Shown here: positions 1-12,270 of the stretch, piece by piece | Layout of the letters: the number at the start of each line of letters is the position of its first letter | Numbering within the stretch: position 1 is the stretch's first letter | NCBI GenBank assembly: GCA_964016885.1 | Contig: OZ024741.1 | Location: 42,718,001 to 42,782,000, forward strand | Length of the DNA stretch: 64,000 bases | Reading direction: 5' to 3' | Source of the DNA: Eledone cirrhosa | Lineage: Eukaryota | Position numbers and translations under genes: made by a program | The notes under the pieces: generated by a model | The model's input: only the letters and a program-made list of their open reading frames with translations | Told to the model about the DNA's origin: nothing | The model's database searches: none

Positions 1-121
1 ATGACGTATATTCAATCTGTTTCGATCAATTTTCAATAGATAAAACCTATTTAGTCCCTCGATCTATCATTACTGTAAATATCTCTCTCTCTCTCTCTCC
101 TTCTATATATATCTCAATCTT

Positions 122-232
<111 letters not shown>

Positions 233-244
233 CGGCGATGAATT

Positions 245-690
245 AGTTTTGCGAGGTTTTTTATATGAAATCGTGTGTCGAAACAAATATTGTTATACTT
301 GGGGAGGGTCATATTTGTGCAATATTGCCAGAATTAATAACAGAACACACTCACTGTTTGGTTGGTTTTCGCTTCTCGCTTCTGTGTCTTTTATATCGGT
401 AATCTAACTTACTCGGTCCTCAATGTTGCCATTGCCTGACCGACGGTCAAAAATAATACAGATACAATATAGACACAAACACATATATATAGTTTATCAT
501 AAATCTTTCGTTGCACATCTGCAACATCGTCAGTGGTGCTATCTTTTCCTCCTGTTGTATTGTATGTATACGCCATTTTTATTCAGTCTGTCTATATATT
601 TATTTATTTATTTGCTTGTTTGTTTATTTTATTTTGTCTTCTTTGCGCATGCGTTTGCGTGTGTGTATAGTGTTTTGTTTGCTGTGTGAT
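245..690. repeat. Dispersed repeat, copy 1 (related to 5714-5890 and 6468-6870)
   Basis: Shares GAAATCGTGTGTyGAAACAAATATTGTTATACTTGGG...ATATTGCCAGAAwTAATAACAGAACACACTCAC with the other copies. The distal part carries a minus-strand hammerhead. Confidence 0.8.
496..537 (-). ncRNA. Type I hammerhead ribozyme motif (minimal)
   Basis: Minus strand reads ACCA CUGACGA U GUUGCA-GAUG-UGCAAC GAAA GAUU UA UGAU. Stem II is a perfect 6 bp; stem I has one mismatch. Confidence 0.65.
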
Positions 691-1017
691 GGGTGACTAG
701 TGTGTGTTTATGTGCTTAACACCCTCCCATCCCCTCTGGCTTTCGGCTGACTGCCACAGTCGTGATGGGTAGCAGTAAACTTTGGTAGGGCTTGGGTGGG
801 CCATTGTTTTGGCTGAGAGGGTGAACTGACAGCGAATTCCGTTGAAATCTGCGGTGGCTAATGGTCAACTTCCTTCGGACATGCGCTTGCGCAGACCGGT
901 GGGGATGAATTGGTACTCACAAGGGAACGGATGAAAAACCCAAAAGCAGGAACTTCCTCCGTTCCCATGTCGATTCAATTTGGATTGCCTCGGAAACATA
1001 ACCTTATTATGTAACAA

Positions 1018-1091
1018 GCTGTCTGATGATGACACGACACTCGCACACAGAACAGTGTGGCCAGTGTCGTCATTGAAATATATATCACAGC
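1018..1091 (+). ncRNA. Type I hammerhead ribozyme motif
   Basis: GCUGU CUGAUGA [long stem II, GACAC...GUGUC] GAAA UAUAUA UC ACAGC. Stem I GCUGU/ACAGC is perfect and loop III is palindromic. Confidence 0.8.
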
Positions 1092-1137
1092 ATTATTATT
1101 AAAGGACTTGAACATCTTAAACTACTTCGCTTTTCCT

Positions 1138-1231
<94 letters not shown>

Positions 1232-1235
<4 letters not shown>

Positions 1236-3240
1236 GTAGAACACTGGAAGGTAATATCCGTAGTGGTAGAGCACTCAGTCCATGAGACGAGTTAGGTAGA
1301 CGTGGTTACACAACAGTTAGTTCACCATACCGAGAACAATTGTTTTACCTTAGCGGATCCTCAGCTCGTAATGGGCATGGTTATACGGAACAGGAAGGAC
1401 AATCGTACGAACGCGCATGCGCAGATACCCGTCACCTCTCACAGGCAATACTAAAATGCGTGCGAGGTGTAAGGGAGATAACTGCGAAAGCCCGAAAAGT
1501 TTTTAGTTGATAAGAAAAAATATTGATGTTGTTACAATAATTCATTCAATCCGGAGCTTTGTAGTTATCCAATAGGTGTTTCGAGACGTGTGGACAACGT
1601 GTGAAAAATCCATTTCTCGTGTTTAGGCAATCATTATTGCATAATCTCTTTAGAATATTTATTCGTTCGTCAATACACAGTCCACACGGCGGATTTCCCC
1701 TTGCGTATGGCTTGGACTTAGTGATGGCTTTCCATTGAATGGAGTAGTCTATACTTGAGTTCTTGAGGGACCATACGTGGCTCGCGAGTTTCATGGATGA
1801 ACGTCTGTGCGGGTACCTAAAGGTCGACTGATGGTTCAGGAAACGTTCCATAAATCGGCCTCCGCCATACCCACATAACATTTGACCTCCTGTGGTTGGT
1901 TTGGTCTGTTGGAAGTGACCACAGCTTCATAAATTACAGCTGGTGTGTTGCATTGCTGTTGAAGGGGGCAAGCTTCGGGCTTACGGCAAGAGCACCCTGG
2001 TGGGGTGTTGCTCCTAGGGCTGCTGGTGATGTCGGACTTTATATTATTAGCGCAGAAGTATCCTAGTTTTACTTTGTGTCGGTTAAAGTTGGAGCGGTAT
2101 TTATGACCTATGGGAAAGTGTCTATTTAAGAGGGCTAGACATTTTTTACCTACATTGGTTTTAACGTTGAGTAAGAAGGGAGGAGAGAACCAGATACTTT
2201 GTCTATTCTTGCTCTTTCTTTTCTTATTGCTGTTGTTGATAGTGGGAGAGTAAGGATAGGTTGTGAGAAGCCACTGTTAGCTAACGCCGTGTTATTAGTG
2301 GAGAGGTTTGAGATTCTGGTACTGATATTATTTACGAAGTTTCTAAAAACAGTGGGAGGGTGGCATGAGTCCTTGTGAATGTAATTGAGTTTTTCGTTTA
2401 GCTTATGGAAGGGTCTGTGTGTGTGTGTGCGAAGGTCTAAATTAATGTCTAAGAAATCTACGCTAGAGAGGTTGGTAGCTACTGTTATCCTAAGGCCTAA
2501 CTCATTGAAGGTAGAAGCTAAGTCTTTTTTGAACCGGTCAAGGTCGAGACCACTTTTATGGTTCGATAAGGTCAGTCCATCGTCGCGGTATATTCCCGTG
2601 TGGCAGTCCGGGAATCTAACACGTAATATGTATAAAATAAATAGGCCAATCAAGTTACATACGTCAGCACTGTCAAACGATCCCATGGAGACGTTGAATA
2701 GGTCTGAAGCTGTAGACTTCTTTGCCCAGGCTACTCCGTCGTTGAAGAGGAGGGTTTTCCGGCAGTGAGCAATGATTTCCCTGTCTAAACCATCGACGGT
2801 GGTGTAAGTGGTAGCGAAGTCCAACGCTTTGTTTAAAAGGGTCTCTGAGATCGACGGGTAAAAATCGACAATGTCAAACTGTGTGAACTTCGCTTTTTTG
2901 GATTTTAAGGAATTAAACCACTTAATTACGGAGTCGCTGTTCCTCCACTGGGGCAGGTTCGACTTGGTCCTAATGGTCTTAACTATGTTTCTAAGTATGG
3001 CCTCACTGACTAGTCCCATATCTGTGCGTGCCGGGTTTATTAGTCTACATGTGGAGTTAGAAGTAAAGTCTACCTTGTGATCTTTCAGGGTAAGGAACGC
3101 CTCCCGCATAGCTAGAGATTGTAGCTGCTTATCTACCTTAAGGGCGGCGGCAAGTTCTTTGGCTTCTGCATTAATGTCGAGGTAGGCCATAGGGTTAGCT
3201 TTCTTATATTTGGAAGTAATGGCGTTATGGGCCAACAACA
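1232..3240 (-). mobile_element. Penelope-like retroelement, Naiad-type, 5'-truncated and frameshifted
   Basis: RT motifs FTQFDIVDFYPSI, MGSFDSA and GIYRDDGL in ORF 2150..3247. Hand translation of shifted frames gives IWFSPPF..NVKTNVG, the linker CSCRKPEACPLQQQC and GIY-YIG VIY...YVG. ORF 1546..1881 gives CGLCIDE...LNTRN...CPH. A hammerhead motif lies in the 3' non-coding part. Both ends abut microsatellites. Confidence 0.88.
1331..1368 (-). ncRNA. Hammerhead motif of the Naiad 3' pseudo-LTR (core GAAA mutated to AAAA)
   Basis: CGAG CUGAGGA UCC GCUAA GGU AAAAC AAUU GUU CUCG. Stem I is CGAG/CUCG and the AAUU loop is palindromic. Confidence 0.6.
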
Positions 3241-3247
3241 ACAACAA
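1546..3247 (-). pseudogene. RT + GIY-YIG endonuclease ORF of the Penelope-like element (at least 2 frameshifts, N-terminus missing)
   Basis: ORF track 2150..3247 and 1546..1881, bridged by manual translation of 1860-2225. Confidence 0.88.
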
Positions 3248-3550
3248 TAATAATAATAAAAGTGATGTTGATGGTGATGATTACTAGAAAAGGCTATTTT
3301 CATCATTTCTAAAAATAGCAAAACAATTGATGCTCTGGATAGGGTCAAATACTAGTCGTTAGACATGCTCAACCAACCGTGACGCCTAAACCAATCAGCT
3401 TTAGTAATCCAGTGAAACTACACACCGATTGGTCGAAATACAGTTTGCAAAATCTAGCATTCTATAGCCGCTTTTCACTGTATATAAGGCATAAAATTTA
3501 CCCATATCATTACAGTTGAAAATTGCAAACTTTACTGTCACCACAGAATG

Positions 3551-3589
3551 TGAACCTGAAGATTGCGAAAGCATGAAAGTACTTGTTCA
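3551..3589 (+). ncRNA. Minimal type I hammerhead ribozyme
   Basis: UGAAC CUGAAGA U UGC-GAAA-GCA U GAAA GUAC UU GUUCA. Perfect 5-bp stem I, GNRA-capped stem II, palindromic GUAC loop III. Confidence 0.8.
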
Positions 3590-3869
3590 ATTAACACTTA
3601 ACATTTAATATTCTACCATACTATTTCATTCTAATACCATTATAACTTTTAAAGGATTATAAATTAAAACGAGTATATCAGACAAAGTTGGAATTCCTTT
3701 TATTAATATATATATATATATATATTATGTTTAGACAACATAACATGTGTATAAGATACGGGCGTCCTGTCGAATATATGACAGTATTTAATTAGCTCAA
3801 TGCTTGAAAGCAGAGCCGTTATATGGAACAAAAACAAAGAGCGCTTACATCATCAATTAATCATTATTT

Positions 3870-3914
3870 GCTGACAGTGTTTCGTCCTTGCATAATTGCA
3901 GGACTCATCAGCGC
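3870..3914 (-). ncRNA. Hammerhead motif, left arm of inverted repeat
   Basis: CUGAUGA GUCC UGCA AUUA UGCA A GGAC GAAAC ACU GUC AGC. Confidence 0.7.
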
Positions 3915-5102
3915 GTTATAAAAAGGGAGTAGATCAATAGTATAAACTCTACCGACCTATATCACAAGAACGATCCATATGTAGCACAGGGGACTAAGAA
4001 GAGTGGGTTACTTAGACGACGCGTCACCGCTAGAAGCCGATGTATATAAGACCAAAATCAGTTACAATAATTAAAGATAAGGAAAAATAAAAGATAAGGA
4101 AAAATAATTAAAGATAAGGAAAAAATAAGGAAAAATAAGGAAAAATAATTAAAGATAAGGAAATTAAAGATAAGAGATAAAACGTAAAAGGTAGAGTCTA
4201 TCAGTAAGGATAAAATAAAGATAACAATAAAGTGATGATAATATAAGGAAATATAAAAATAAATAATAACAAATAATAAAAATAAACATTAGAATAAAAA
4301 ATAGGAGGTGATAAAAATAAAAATAAAAATGAATCATAAAAGATAACACATTTAAGCAATGCAAATAAATGCAAGTAAATATGGGTGTAGACAGTAGAGG
4401 ATTCCAGAGGTGACAGTTTAAGAATAGTATCAACCAAAGTGGATGTAAGCAGAGTCAGATATAGCGGGAGCCAGATAAAGCGATCATATCGTGGAATTCC
4501 ATGTATCCATCACAGTTTGGCAACAAGTGTTATAGGTGGCGTTCAAATGCAATTTATCTGTGTGGTTCACAGAACATACAGGTCGCTAGAGCAAAGTGTA
4601 GTGGAAGCAGGTGAAAGCAATCATCATATATATCAGTAGAATATAACGTTTGCGTGTGTGTGTGTGTGTGTGTATGTGTGTGTGTGTGTTAGTCTACATA
4701 GACCCACGCACACACGCACACACAAACGCATATATATATATATATATATATACATATATACATGTATCTACGTGTTTTTTTTTGTATTTCCTTATATTAT
4801 CATCACTTTATTGTTAATTTTATCTTATCCTTACTTCTAGACTCTACACTTTACGTTTTATCTCTAATCTTTAATTTCCTTATCTTTTATTTTTCCTTAT
4901 CTTTAATTACTTTTTTCTATTTTTCCTTATTTTTTCTTATCTTTAATTATTGTAACTGATTTTGGTCTTATATGTATCGGCTTCTAGCGGTGACACGTCG
5001 TCCAAGTATCCTACTCTTCTTAGTCCTTTGTGCTACATATGGATCGTTCTTGTGATATAGGTAGGTAGAGTTTATACTATTGATCTACTTCCTCTTTATA
5101 AC

Positions 5103-5147
5103 ACTCTGATGAGTCCTGCAATTATGCAAGGACGAAACACTGTAAGC
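5103..5147 (+). ncRNA. Hammerhead motif, right arm of inverted repeat
   Basis: CUGAUGA GUCC UGCA AUUA UGCA A GGAC GAAAC ACU GUA AGC. Confidence 0.7.
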
Positions 5148-5663
5148 AAATAATGATTAATTGATGATGTAAGCGCTCTTTGTTTTTGTTCCATATATAT
5201 ACAGATCAGTCTTAAGATTCTTATCTTAGGAGAAGTAACTATAATTTATCTGGGTGCCTATTGAAAATCACAGAAAATTGATTACTTCACTAATAATTAT
5301 TTTATAAATAGTTGTTCCGTAATTAATTAATTATTTCATTAGTATACCATCCCTTGTGAAACAGGTTTATGTTTTGAAGTTCCGACCGATTTGCTGAAAA
5401 GGTTTGAATTTTGAAATTTAAACTTGTCTAGGCACCAGGCAGTTGCCATTTTACGTCTGTAAGTATAGATTTAATATTTAATATTTTCTAGATCGATACA
5501 GGCGGACTATATGTACTTGAATTAAGGTATTTCTATCTGGCTAAAATATTATTGTCATTTTGCAAAAAAAACACATTAGTGTTGATCATATTTTTTTAAA
5601 TTGTACTGTAATGCTCAGAAGTATTTTCTTAGAGCTTAATAATTGCATTTGACTACTAAATTG

Positions 5664-5716
<53 letters not shown>

Positions 5717-5955
5717 GGGAGGGTCATATTGTTATAATAATATTGCCAGAATTAATAGCAGAACACACTCACCGTTTGGTTGGTTTTCGATTCTGTATCT
5801 TTTATATCAGTTAATTTATTCGGTCCTCAATGTTTACCATTGACTGACCAACGATAAAAATTACAGATATAATATAGACACAAACACATATATATAGTGT
5901 AACAATATATATGTATATATATCCATGTGTGTGTGCATTTATGTGTGTTTACATG

Positions 5956-5997
<42 letters not shown>

Positions 5998-6073
5998 CGA
6001 AGGCAATGTGGTAAGGAACCAGGTGGACCATAATGCACCAAAGTACTCAATACTTAGGGTAGTAGAGTGGGTA

Positions 6074-6204
6074 ATAGGAGCGAGTAGGACCCCGACGGCT
6101 GAGCTCAAGCCGTTTCGACGGCTAATTCTGGACTAAAATCTTTAGTCCAGAATTATCCGTCGAAACGGCTTGAGCTCAGCCGCCGGGATCCTACGCGCTC
6201 CTAT
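6074..6204. repeat. Imperfect palindrome, ~64-bp arms, 3-nt loop
   Basis: ATAGGAGCG...CTGGACTAAA atc TTTAGTCCAG...CGCTCCTAT, followed by (TA)n. Confidence 0.92.
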
Positions 6205-6308
6205 ATATATATATATATATATATAGGAGGTGAGTTTGATTGTAGTACAATAAAGCAATGCAGATATCGGATAAGAAGCACTCTACAGTTTGTGGGACTG
6301 GAGTATGC

Positions 6309-6383
6309 ATAATATAAGATCAAAAGATGGTTAAAGGAGTTCCATATAAAATATATGGAACTCCTTTAACCATCTTTTGATCT

Positions 6384-6391
<8 letters not shown>
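6309..6391. repeat. Perfect palindrome, 40-bp arms, AAA loop
   Basis: ATAATATAAGATCAAAAGATGGTTAAAGGAGTTCCATATA aaa followed by its exact reverse complement. Confidence 0.95.
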
Positions 6392-6467
<76 letters not shown>

Positions 6468-6870
6468 TTTACAAGGTTTTTGATATGAAATCGTGTGTTG
6501 AAACAAATATTGTTATACTTGGGAAGGGTCATATTGTTATAATATTGCCAGAAATAATAACAGAACACACTCACTGGTTGGTTTGGGTTAGCTTTCGCTT
6601 CTGTATATTTTATATCTCCATAGTTAATTTATCTGGCAATCAATGTTTATCATTGATTGACGAACGGTTAAAATAGAGATATAAACATATATATATATAG
6701 TCTAGAAAAGTTCTTTCGTCACACATCTGGGACGCCATCAGTGGTACTATTATTTTTCCTCCCGTTGTATTGTAATGCCTACGCCATTTTTATTTTATTT
6801 ATTTATTTATTCTTGTCTCTGCCTCTGTTTGCGCATGCCTTTTCGTGTGTGTTCGTGTTTGTGTGTACGT
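6468..6870. repeat. Dispersed repeat, copy of the 245-690 family, with a degenerate minus-strand hammerhead near 6705-6745
   Basis: Direct similarity to 245-690. Minus strand reads CUGAUGG C GUCC CA GAUG UG UGAC GAAA. Confidence 0.75.
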
Positions 6871-7249
6871 GTTTTGTATTCTATCTTTGTTCACTAGTGT
6901 GTATTTATATGTGTTTGTTGTTATTGTACATGTGTATATATATATTTATTTATATTTCCCTTAGGTCAGTATTGTTTGTTTGGGTATGGTTGGTGTTGTT
7001 AGTCCATTCGTTCTTTCTGTTCAATTTTGGTTTTCTTAGTTCTATCTCAGTTGCTTCTCTGATTTGCCTACTTGTAGAGTGATTTCTATGCCAATTAGAA
7101 AATAGTACAATGGAGAGCATCCAGCAGGTAGCTTACTCCATACATCAGAGTATAAGTATAACCAAGCTTGGAATTACAAGACAAGAGAAGGCAACGTAGC
7201 AGGTGTAGCTGCAGAAGAAGAAGAAGATAATGATGATGAAGAAGAAAGG

Positions 7250-7319
<70 letters not shown>
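7250..7319. repeat. (TAA)n microsatellite
   Basis: Direct reading. Confidence 0.95.
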
Positions 7320-8299
7320 GGGAAGAAGACGCACGTGGTGGTAGAAGGTCATGAAATCGCTCCCGTAAGTTTTTGAGTTTTAACATATTTAAATCAATTC
7401 TGAAATAACAATTCTTAGTACAAATGATGCATAAATCACCGAATCAAGTCTCATAAAAATACGGATCCATAATATATTGTTATATCGCTCAAATATTCAA
7501 TTTTGTATTATATATTTTATATTCAAAAACGAAAATGGTTATAAATGGAAGAAAACCCCCTCTGTCTACACTATATAGAACAGCCAAATAACAGCAATTT
7601 CACCAATACCAGAAACTAGATACACCACCTACCCCATCACCCCGCAGTGTACACTAAATATAACAGCCAGATAACGGCAATATCACCACCACCACCACCA
7701 ATCCCAGCATCATAATAATAATTACTATTATTATTGTCTCAAGTTTTAACAAAATATTTAATTCCAATATTAAGGGAATATGTCAACACATGTATTAAAC
7801 ATACGCGACACAAACGCATAGATACTACAGATCAAACAAAACTAGTCTGTTCAACATAACTCAGTAACGACAACGCCACCGCCGTCATCACTCCATCCAT
7901 CATTGCTACCACTATCCCATCACCGCCGCCACCACTCCTTCATTGCTACCACCACTATTCCCCTGTTAACTTAAGAAAGGGGAAGGTGGCGGTATCACTA
8001 GACAAGGGAGAGGCTAGCAAAAGATATAAATAGATTGACTTAGTGACCCGGCCACCGGCCAAACCACAACAACTATGGCACTGCTGGCTCCCCCCTTCCC
8101 CACCAACAATATAAAAATCCCCAGCACCACCACCGACATAGCCAACAACAATAACAGGCAACTTCAGCAAAAAGTATATTATATTTTGTAATGCACTGGG
8201 TAATTGCTGGCCTTGTGCCTGGAGTGGAGACAATTATTAATAATTTCATTCTTAAGCCACGCAATGCTCACATTAAGGAACCACTCATGATAATAACAA

Positions 8300-11200
8300 T
8301 TTAAAAAAACAACAAAAAAGAAAACTCCGTGACCAAGAAATACCGGGATGGCGGCCGGCGGGGAATAGCCGTGTCTCTAGGGGAGAACGACCCCTCTAGT
8401 CTTGGTTGACACTCGTTCTAGAAGTGGTAACACGAAATGATTACCCCTTGGCGGATAAGGATAAAACGCGACAAAATAAAGTAAATGTCTAATGATAAAA
8501 TCTCATACCAGATCGGCCGTCACCCGGGTAAAAAAGGGCCGCGTCCCTCAGAGAGGAACCAGGCTGGGGTCGAAAAATCAGCTAATGGTTCAAATCTTCC
8601 CATCACTTCGGAGCGGGAGACCTCCCATAACCGGAATACTCCTACTGTTGGCCCTCCATGCTCACCACCAAGAAATCCAAAGAAAAATGAGAAAAATGGT
8701 CAAGGGAAGATAATAAAGAAGTCATTGAGGCTTTCTACACTGCCATGTACTACCCATCAAATACATCGAATACAGAACAGACATATATCAACTGGAAAAA
8801 GAAACATCCCGAAAACAGAGGCTATATTGACAGTAACAAACTAGCCAATATACGAAGAAATATTGTAAAAAAAAAGTTACTAACTGATATAGAAATTGAT
8901 CAGATCAAGCTATTAGCACAAAGTCAGCGAAGGGAAAATGAAACATGTGTCAGTGAAAACGAGGTAAATTGTAACACTTCGAATCCCAGGGTTGGGGTGG
9001 AATCACTGGCAACAGAACAAATTAAAGAAAGGATCGAAAAAGTGGAGGGAGTGCATGCTCAGGATGAAACTCCAAATGAAAATAATGAGATCGTAAATGA
9101 TAAAGAAATGAATGAGAATGAACTTGCCAACTTGAAGGATGAAATTATGATCGAATTGATGAAAATGAAAGAATCTAACATGGGGCAACGAGACACCCTC
9201 CCTAAGATCCAGAACTCCAAACAGAACCAAAAGATAATACACAAGACTAACATAATTCTCAAAAACATTATCATCACAAACAAACTAAACATTACTGATT
9301 TAAATCATCTCTATTATGCATCGGCTAAAGTCACCACTCACTTATGTGGAGTGAAGATGAAAAAACAAAGGAAATCCCACAAGAAATCTACTTGGCAAGA
9401 GAACATCAATCGCCAAATAAACCTTCTCCGATCTGACATAGAAATTTTAACAAACTATAAAGTAGGTGAACATGTTAAACAAACTAAACTTAGAAAATTG
9501 AAAAGAAAGTACAGTATAAAATCAACAAGTGACATAGACATGCTGATAGAAATAATCAAGCAAAAAGTGTCGGCCAAAGCTGCTCGTATAAGGCGCTTTG
9601 AAAAACGATCTAGATTCTATAAGGACAATAATATGTTCAAAAACAAAGAAACTTCTACAAAAAAATTGGTAAGTCAACAATAACTGCTAAATCAATACCA
9701 CCCAAGGAGGAAGTGCAAGAATTCTGGGAAAAGATCTGGGCCGAAGAAACAGTTAATAACATACATGCTCCATGGATAGACAGACAAATGAAAGATACAG
9801 CTCACCTTGAGGAACAAATATGGGAAAATATAACAGTTGAACAGTTGCGTTTGGCTCTTAGAAAACCCAGCAAATGGAAATCCCCAGGAAAAGACAAAAT
9901 ACAACATTTTTGGATAAATGCCTTCACAGAATCTCACGAGCTGTTAGCCCAACTTTACAATGAACTAGTTAAGGAGCCAGAAAAGATACCATCATGGCTA
10001 GTTAACGGCATTACATTCCTGCTTCCGAAGAATGATGAGACAAACAATCCCAAACATTACAGATCGATAACTTGCTTGACCACAATGTATAACATTTTAA
10101 TATCAGACCTAACTGAATATACATATGACCACCTGATAACAAATGACCTATTTCCCATTGAGCAGAAAGGGTGTAAACGAGGCTCATATGGCTGTAAGGA
10201 TCAGCTTTTGCTTATCAAAATGATACTGGAAGATTGTCATAATAGACACAAAAATATATCAATTGCTTGGATAGATTATAAAAAAGCATTCGATAGTTTG
10301 CCACACAGTTTGATTGAAAAATGTTTAGAGATTTTCAAAATATCCCCCGTTGTCAGGAGGTTTTTGTCATTCAGTATGAAGACTTGGAAAACGACACTCA
10401 TTTTGAATAGTGAAACAAAATCACTGGAAGCTGGAGAAGTTAATGTTAATTGTGGAATTTTTCAGGGTGACTCTTTATCACCGCTTTTATTCTGCATTGC
10501 ACTTATACCATTAAGTAAAATGCTCAATGAAACAAAACATGGATATAAAGTTTATGACAAAACCATTAATCACTTGTTCTACATGGATGACCTGAAACTA
10601 TTTGCAAAAAATGATGAACAATTGCAACGGCTATTATCCACTGTGGAGCAGTTCAGTGATGGCATTAAAATGGAGTTAGGACTAGATAAATGCGCCAAAG
10701 CAACGTTCACCAGAGGAAAGCTGCTGAAGATTCAGACATTAATCTTGATCGGGGGAATGTGATAAGAGAACTTGATCAAGAAAATATTACAAATATCTAG
10801 GTGTTTGTGAAGGAGACGGAATCAAGCACTCGACAATGAGGGAAAGGATAAGGAAGGAATGTTACCGCAGAGTAAGAGCAATCTTAAGTACGGAATTGAA
10901 TGCAAGGAATAGGATCGATGCCATAAACTCGCTTGCCATACCAGTAGTAACCTACAGTTACAATGTCATCAACTGGTCAAGCACAGAGATCCGTAGGCTC
11001 GATACAAAAATTCGAAAATTCTTAACCATGCACAGAATGCATCACCCTAAGGCAGATACAGATAGAATATATCTCCCTAGGAAAGAAGGAAGACGTGGGT
11101 TAATCCAGTTAGACATTGCGTTGAAAACTGCAACAATTGGATTATCTACATATCTAAGGGAATCACATGATTGGATGATCAAACTCGTTTTGAAACACGA

Positions 11201-12270
11201 AAGCATCAAAAGATCATACTCCATTACAAAAGATGCACAAAGATACAGTAATGGACTACATATTCCAGAAGTCCCATTCACTGCTGAAATGGAAAACACA
11301 GAAAAAGCAAAGCAGGTAAAAGTAACTGCAAAGAAAGAACTGCTACAGAAACTGCCTAAGAAGGGCAAGAAAAGCCCTGTATGGAAAATACCCAGAACGA
11401 GTTAACAATCCTGATGTTCACAAAACTTTAACCCATCAGTGGTTGGCCTCCTCTGGACTGAAATCGGAGACTGAAGGACTGATTATATCTGCCAACAAAA
11501 AATTACCAAGCCAACATAATAAAAAATGGATGCAGCCCATTATGCTGTGTATGCAAAAAACAACCAGAGACCATTGACCATATAATTTCAATGTGCAGTC
11601 CTATAGCTCCAACCGAATACCTAAACAGAGCTGCACAATACATACATTGGATAATGTGTAAGCATTTTGACCTGCCCCATCAAAAGAATTGGTGGGAGCA
11701 TCAACCACCTCCCATACTTGAAAAAGATCACATCTCAATCTTGTGGAACTTTAGCTTCCAAACAGACCGAAAAATAGATGCAAATAGACCTGATATAATA
11801 TTGAAGGACTTTAAAAAGAGGGTATGCCTGCTAATTGATATGTCTGTTCCAATAGACAAGAATGTATCTATAAAAACATTTGAAAAATTGAGCAAGTATA
11901 AGGACCTGGAGATAGAAATTGGAAAAATGTGGAAATTGAGAACTAAAACAATACCAGTGGTTGTAGGCGCTCTGGGAATGATACCAAGGGGGTCTAATGA
12001 TTACTTATTGCAAATCCCAGGAAACTCGCGTATAGGAGAAATACAAAAGATAGTACTAATGGGAACTGCCCATATACTAAGGAAGATTCTGTCAATATAA
12101 GTACATCACAAGTCTAAACACTAAAGATGCATGTGTGAGTATGTATGTTCTTTCTTGAACATGGCGGACCTTGTTGTCTCTTGAGGTCACTGGTTGTGAC
12201 TTGGTGATAACTCGTATGAACATAAAGCAAGATAAATGCAACTGTAGTAATAATAATAATGATAATAATG
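8300..12270 (+). mobile_element. R4/Dong-type non-LTR retrotransposon (RT + restriction-like endonuclease), near full length, ending in (TAA)n
   Basis: One long ORF broken by frameshifts (8485-12100). RT motifs WIDYKKAFDS, GIFQGDSLSPLLFC and FYMDDLKL; CCHC finger near 11540-11600; RLE motif RPDIIL...LIDMSVP...EKLSKYKDL; C-terminal GTAHILRKIL. TAA-like flanks at both ends. The 5' boundary is approximate. Confidence 0.9.
8485..12100 (+). pseudogene. Dong/R4 polyprotein, several frameshifts
   Basis: ORF pieces 8485..8844, 8745..9683, 9713..10762, 10836..11405 and 11591..12100 are collinear parts of one RT-RLE protein. Confidence 0.9.

Larger units (their letters stand above)
3821..5196. repeat. 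Long inverted repeat (arms 3821-4253 and 4785-5196), each arm with a hammerhead and an AAAGATAAGGAAAAAT minisatellite
   Basis: The arms are reverse complements, for example ATATGGAACAAAAACAAAGAGCGCTTACATC vs GATGTAAGCGCTCTTTGTTTTTGTTCCATAT. Confidence 0.92.

Noticed and set aside
1546-2050. Selenoprotein-type Naiad (UGA at Cys positions plus SECIS)
   Set aside because: The linker and endonuclease cysteines I translated are TGC or TGT. I saw no in-frame TGA at those positions and no convincing SECIS.
7095-7320. Possible second Dong 3' remnant before the long (TAA)n
   Set aside because: The similarity to the Dong C-terminus is only about 15 nt (AATAGTACAATGG), too short to call.
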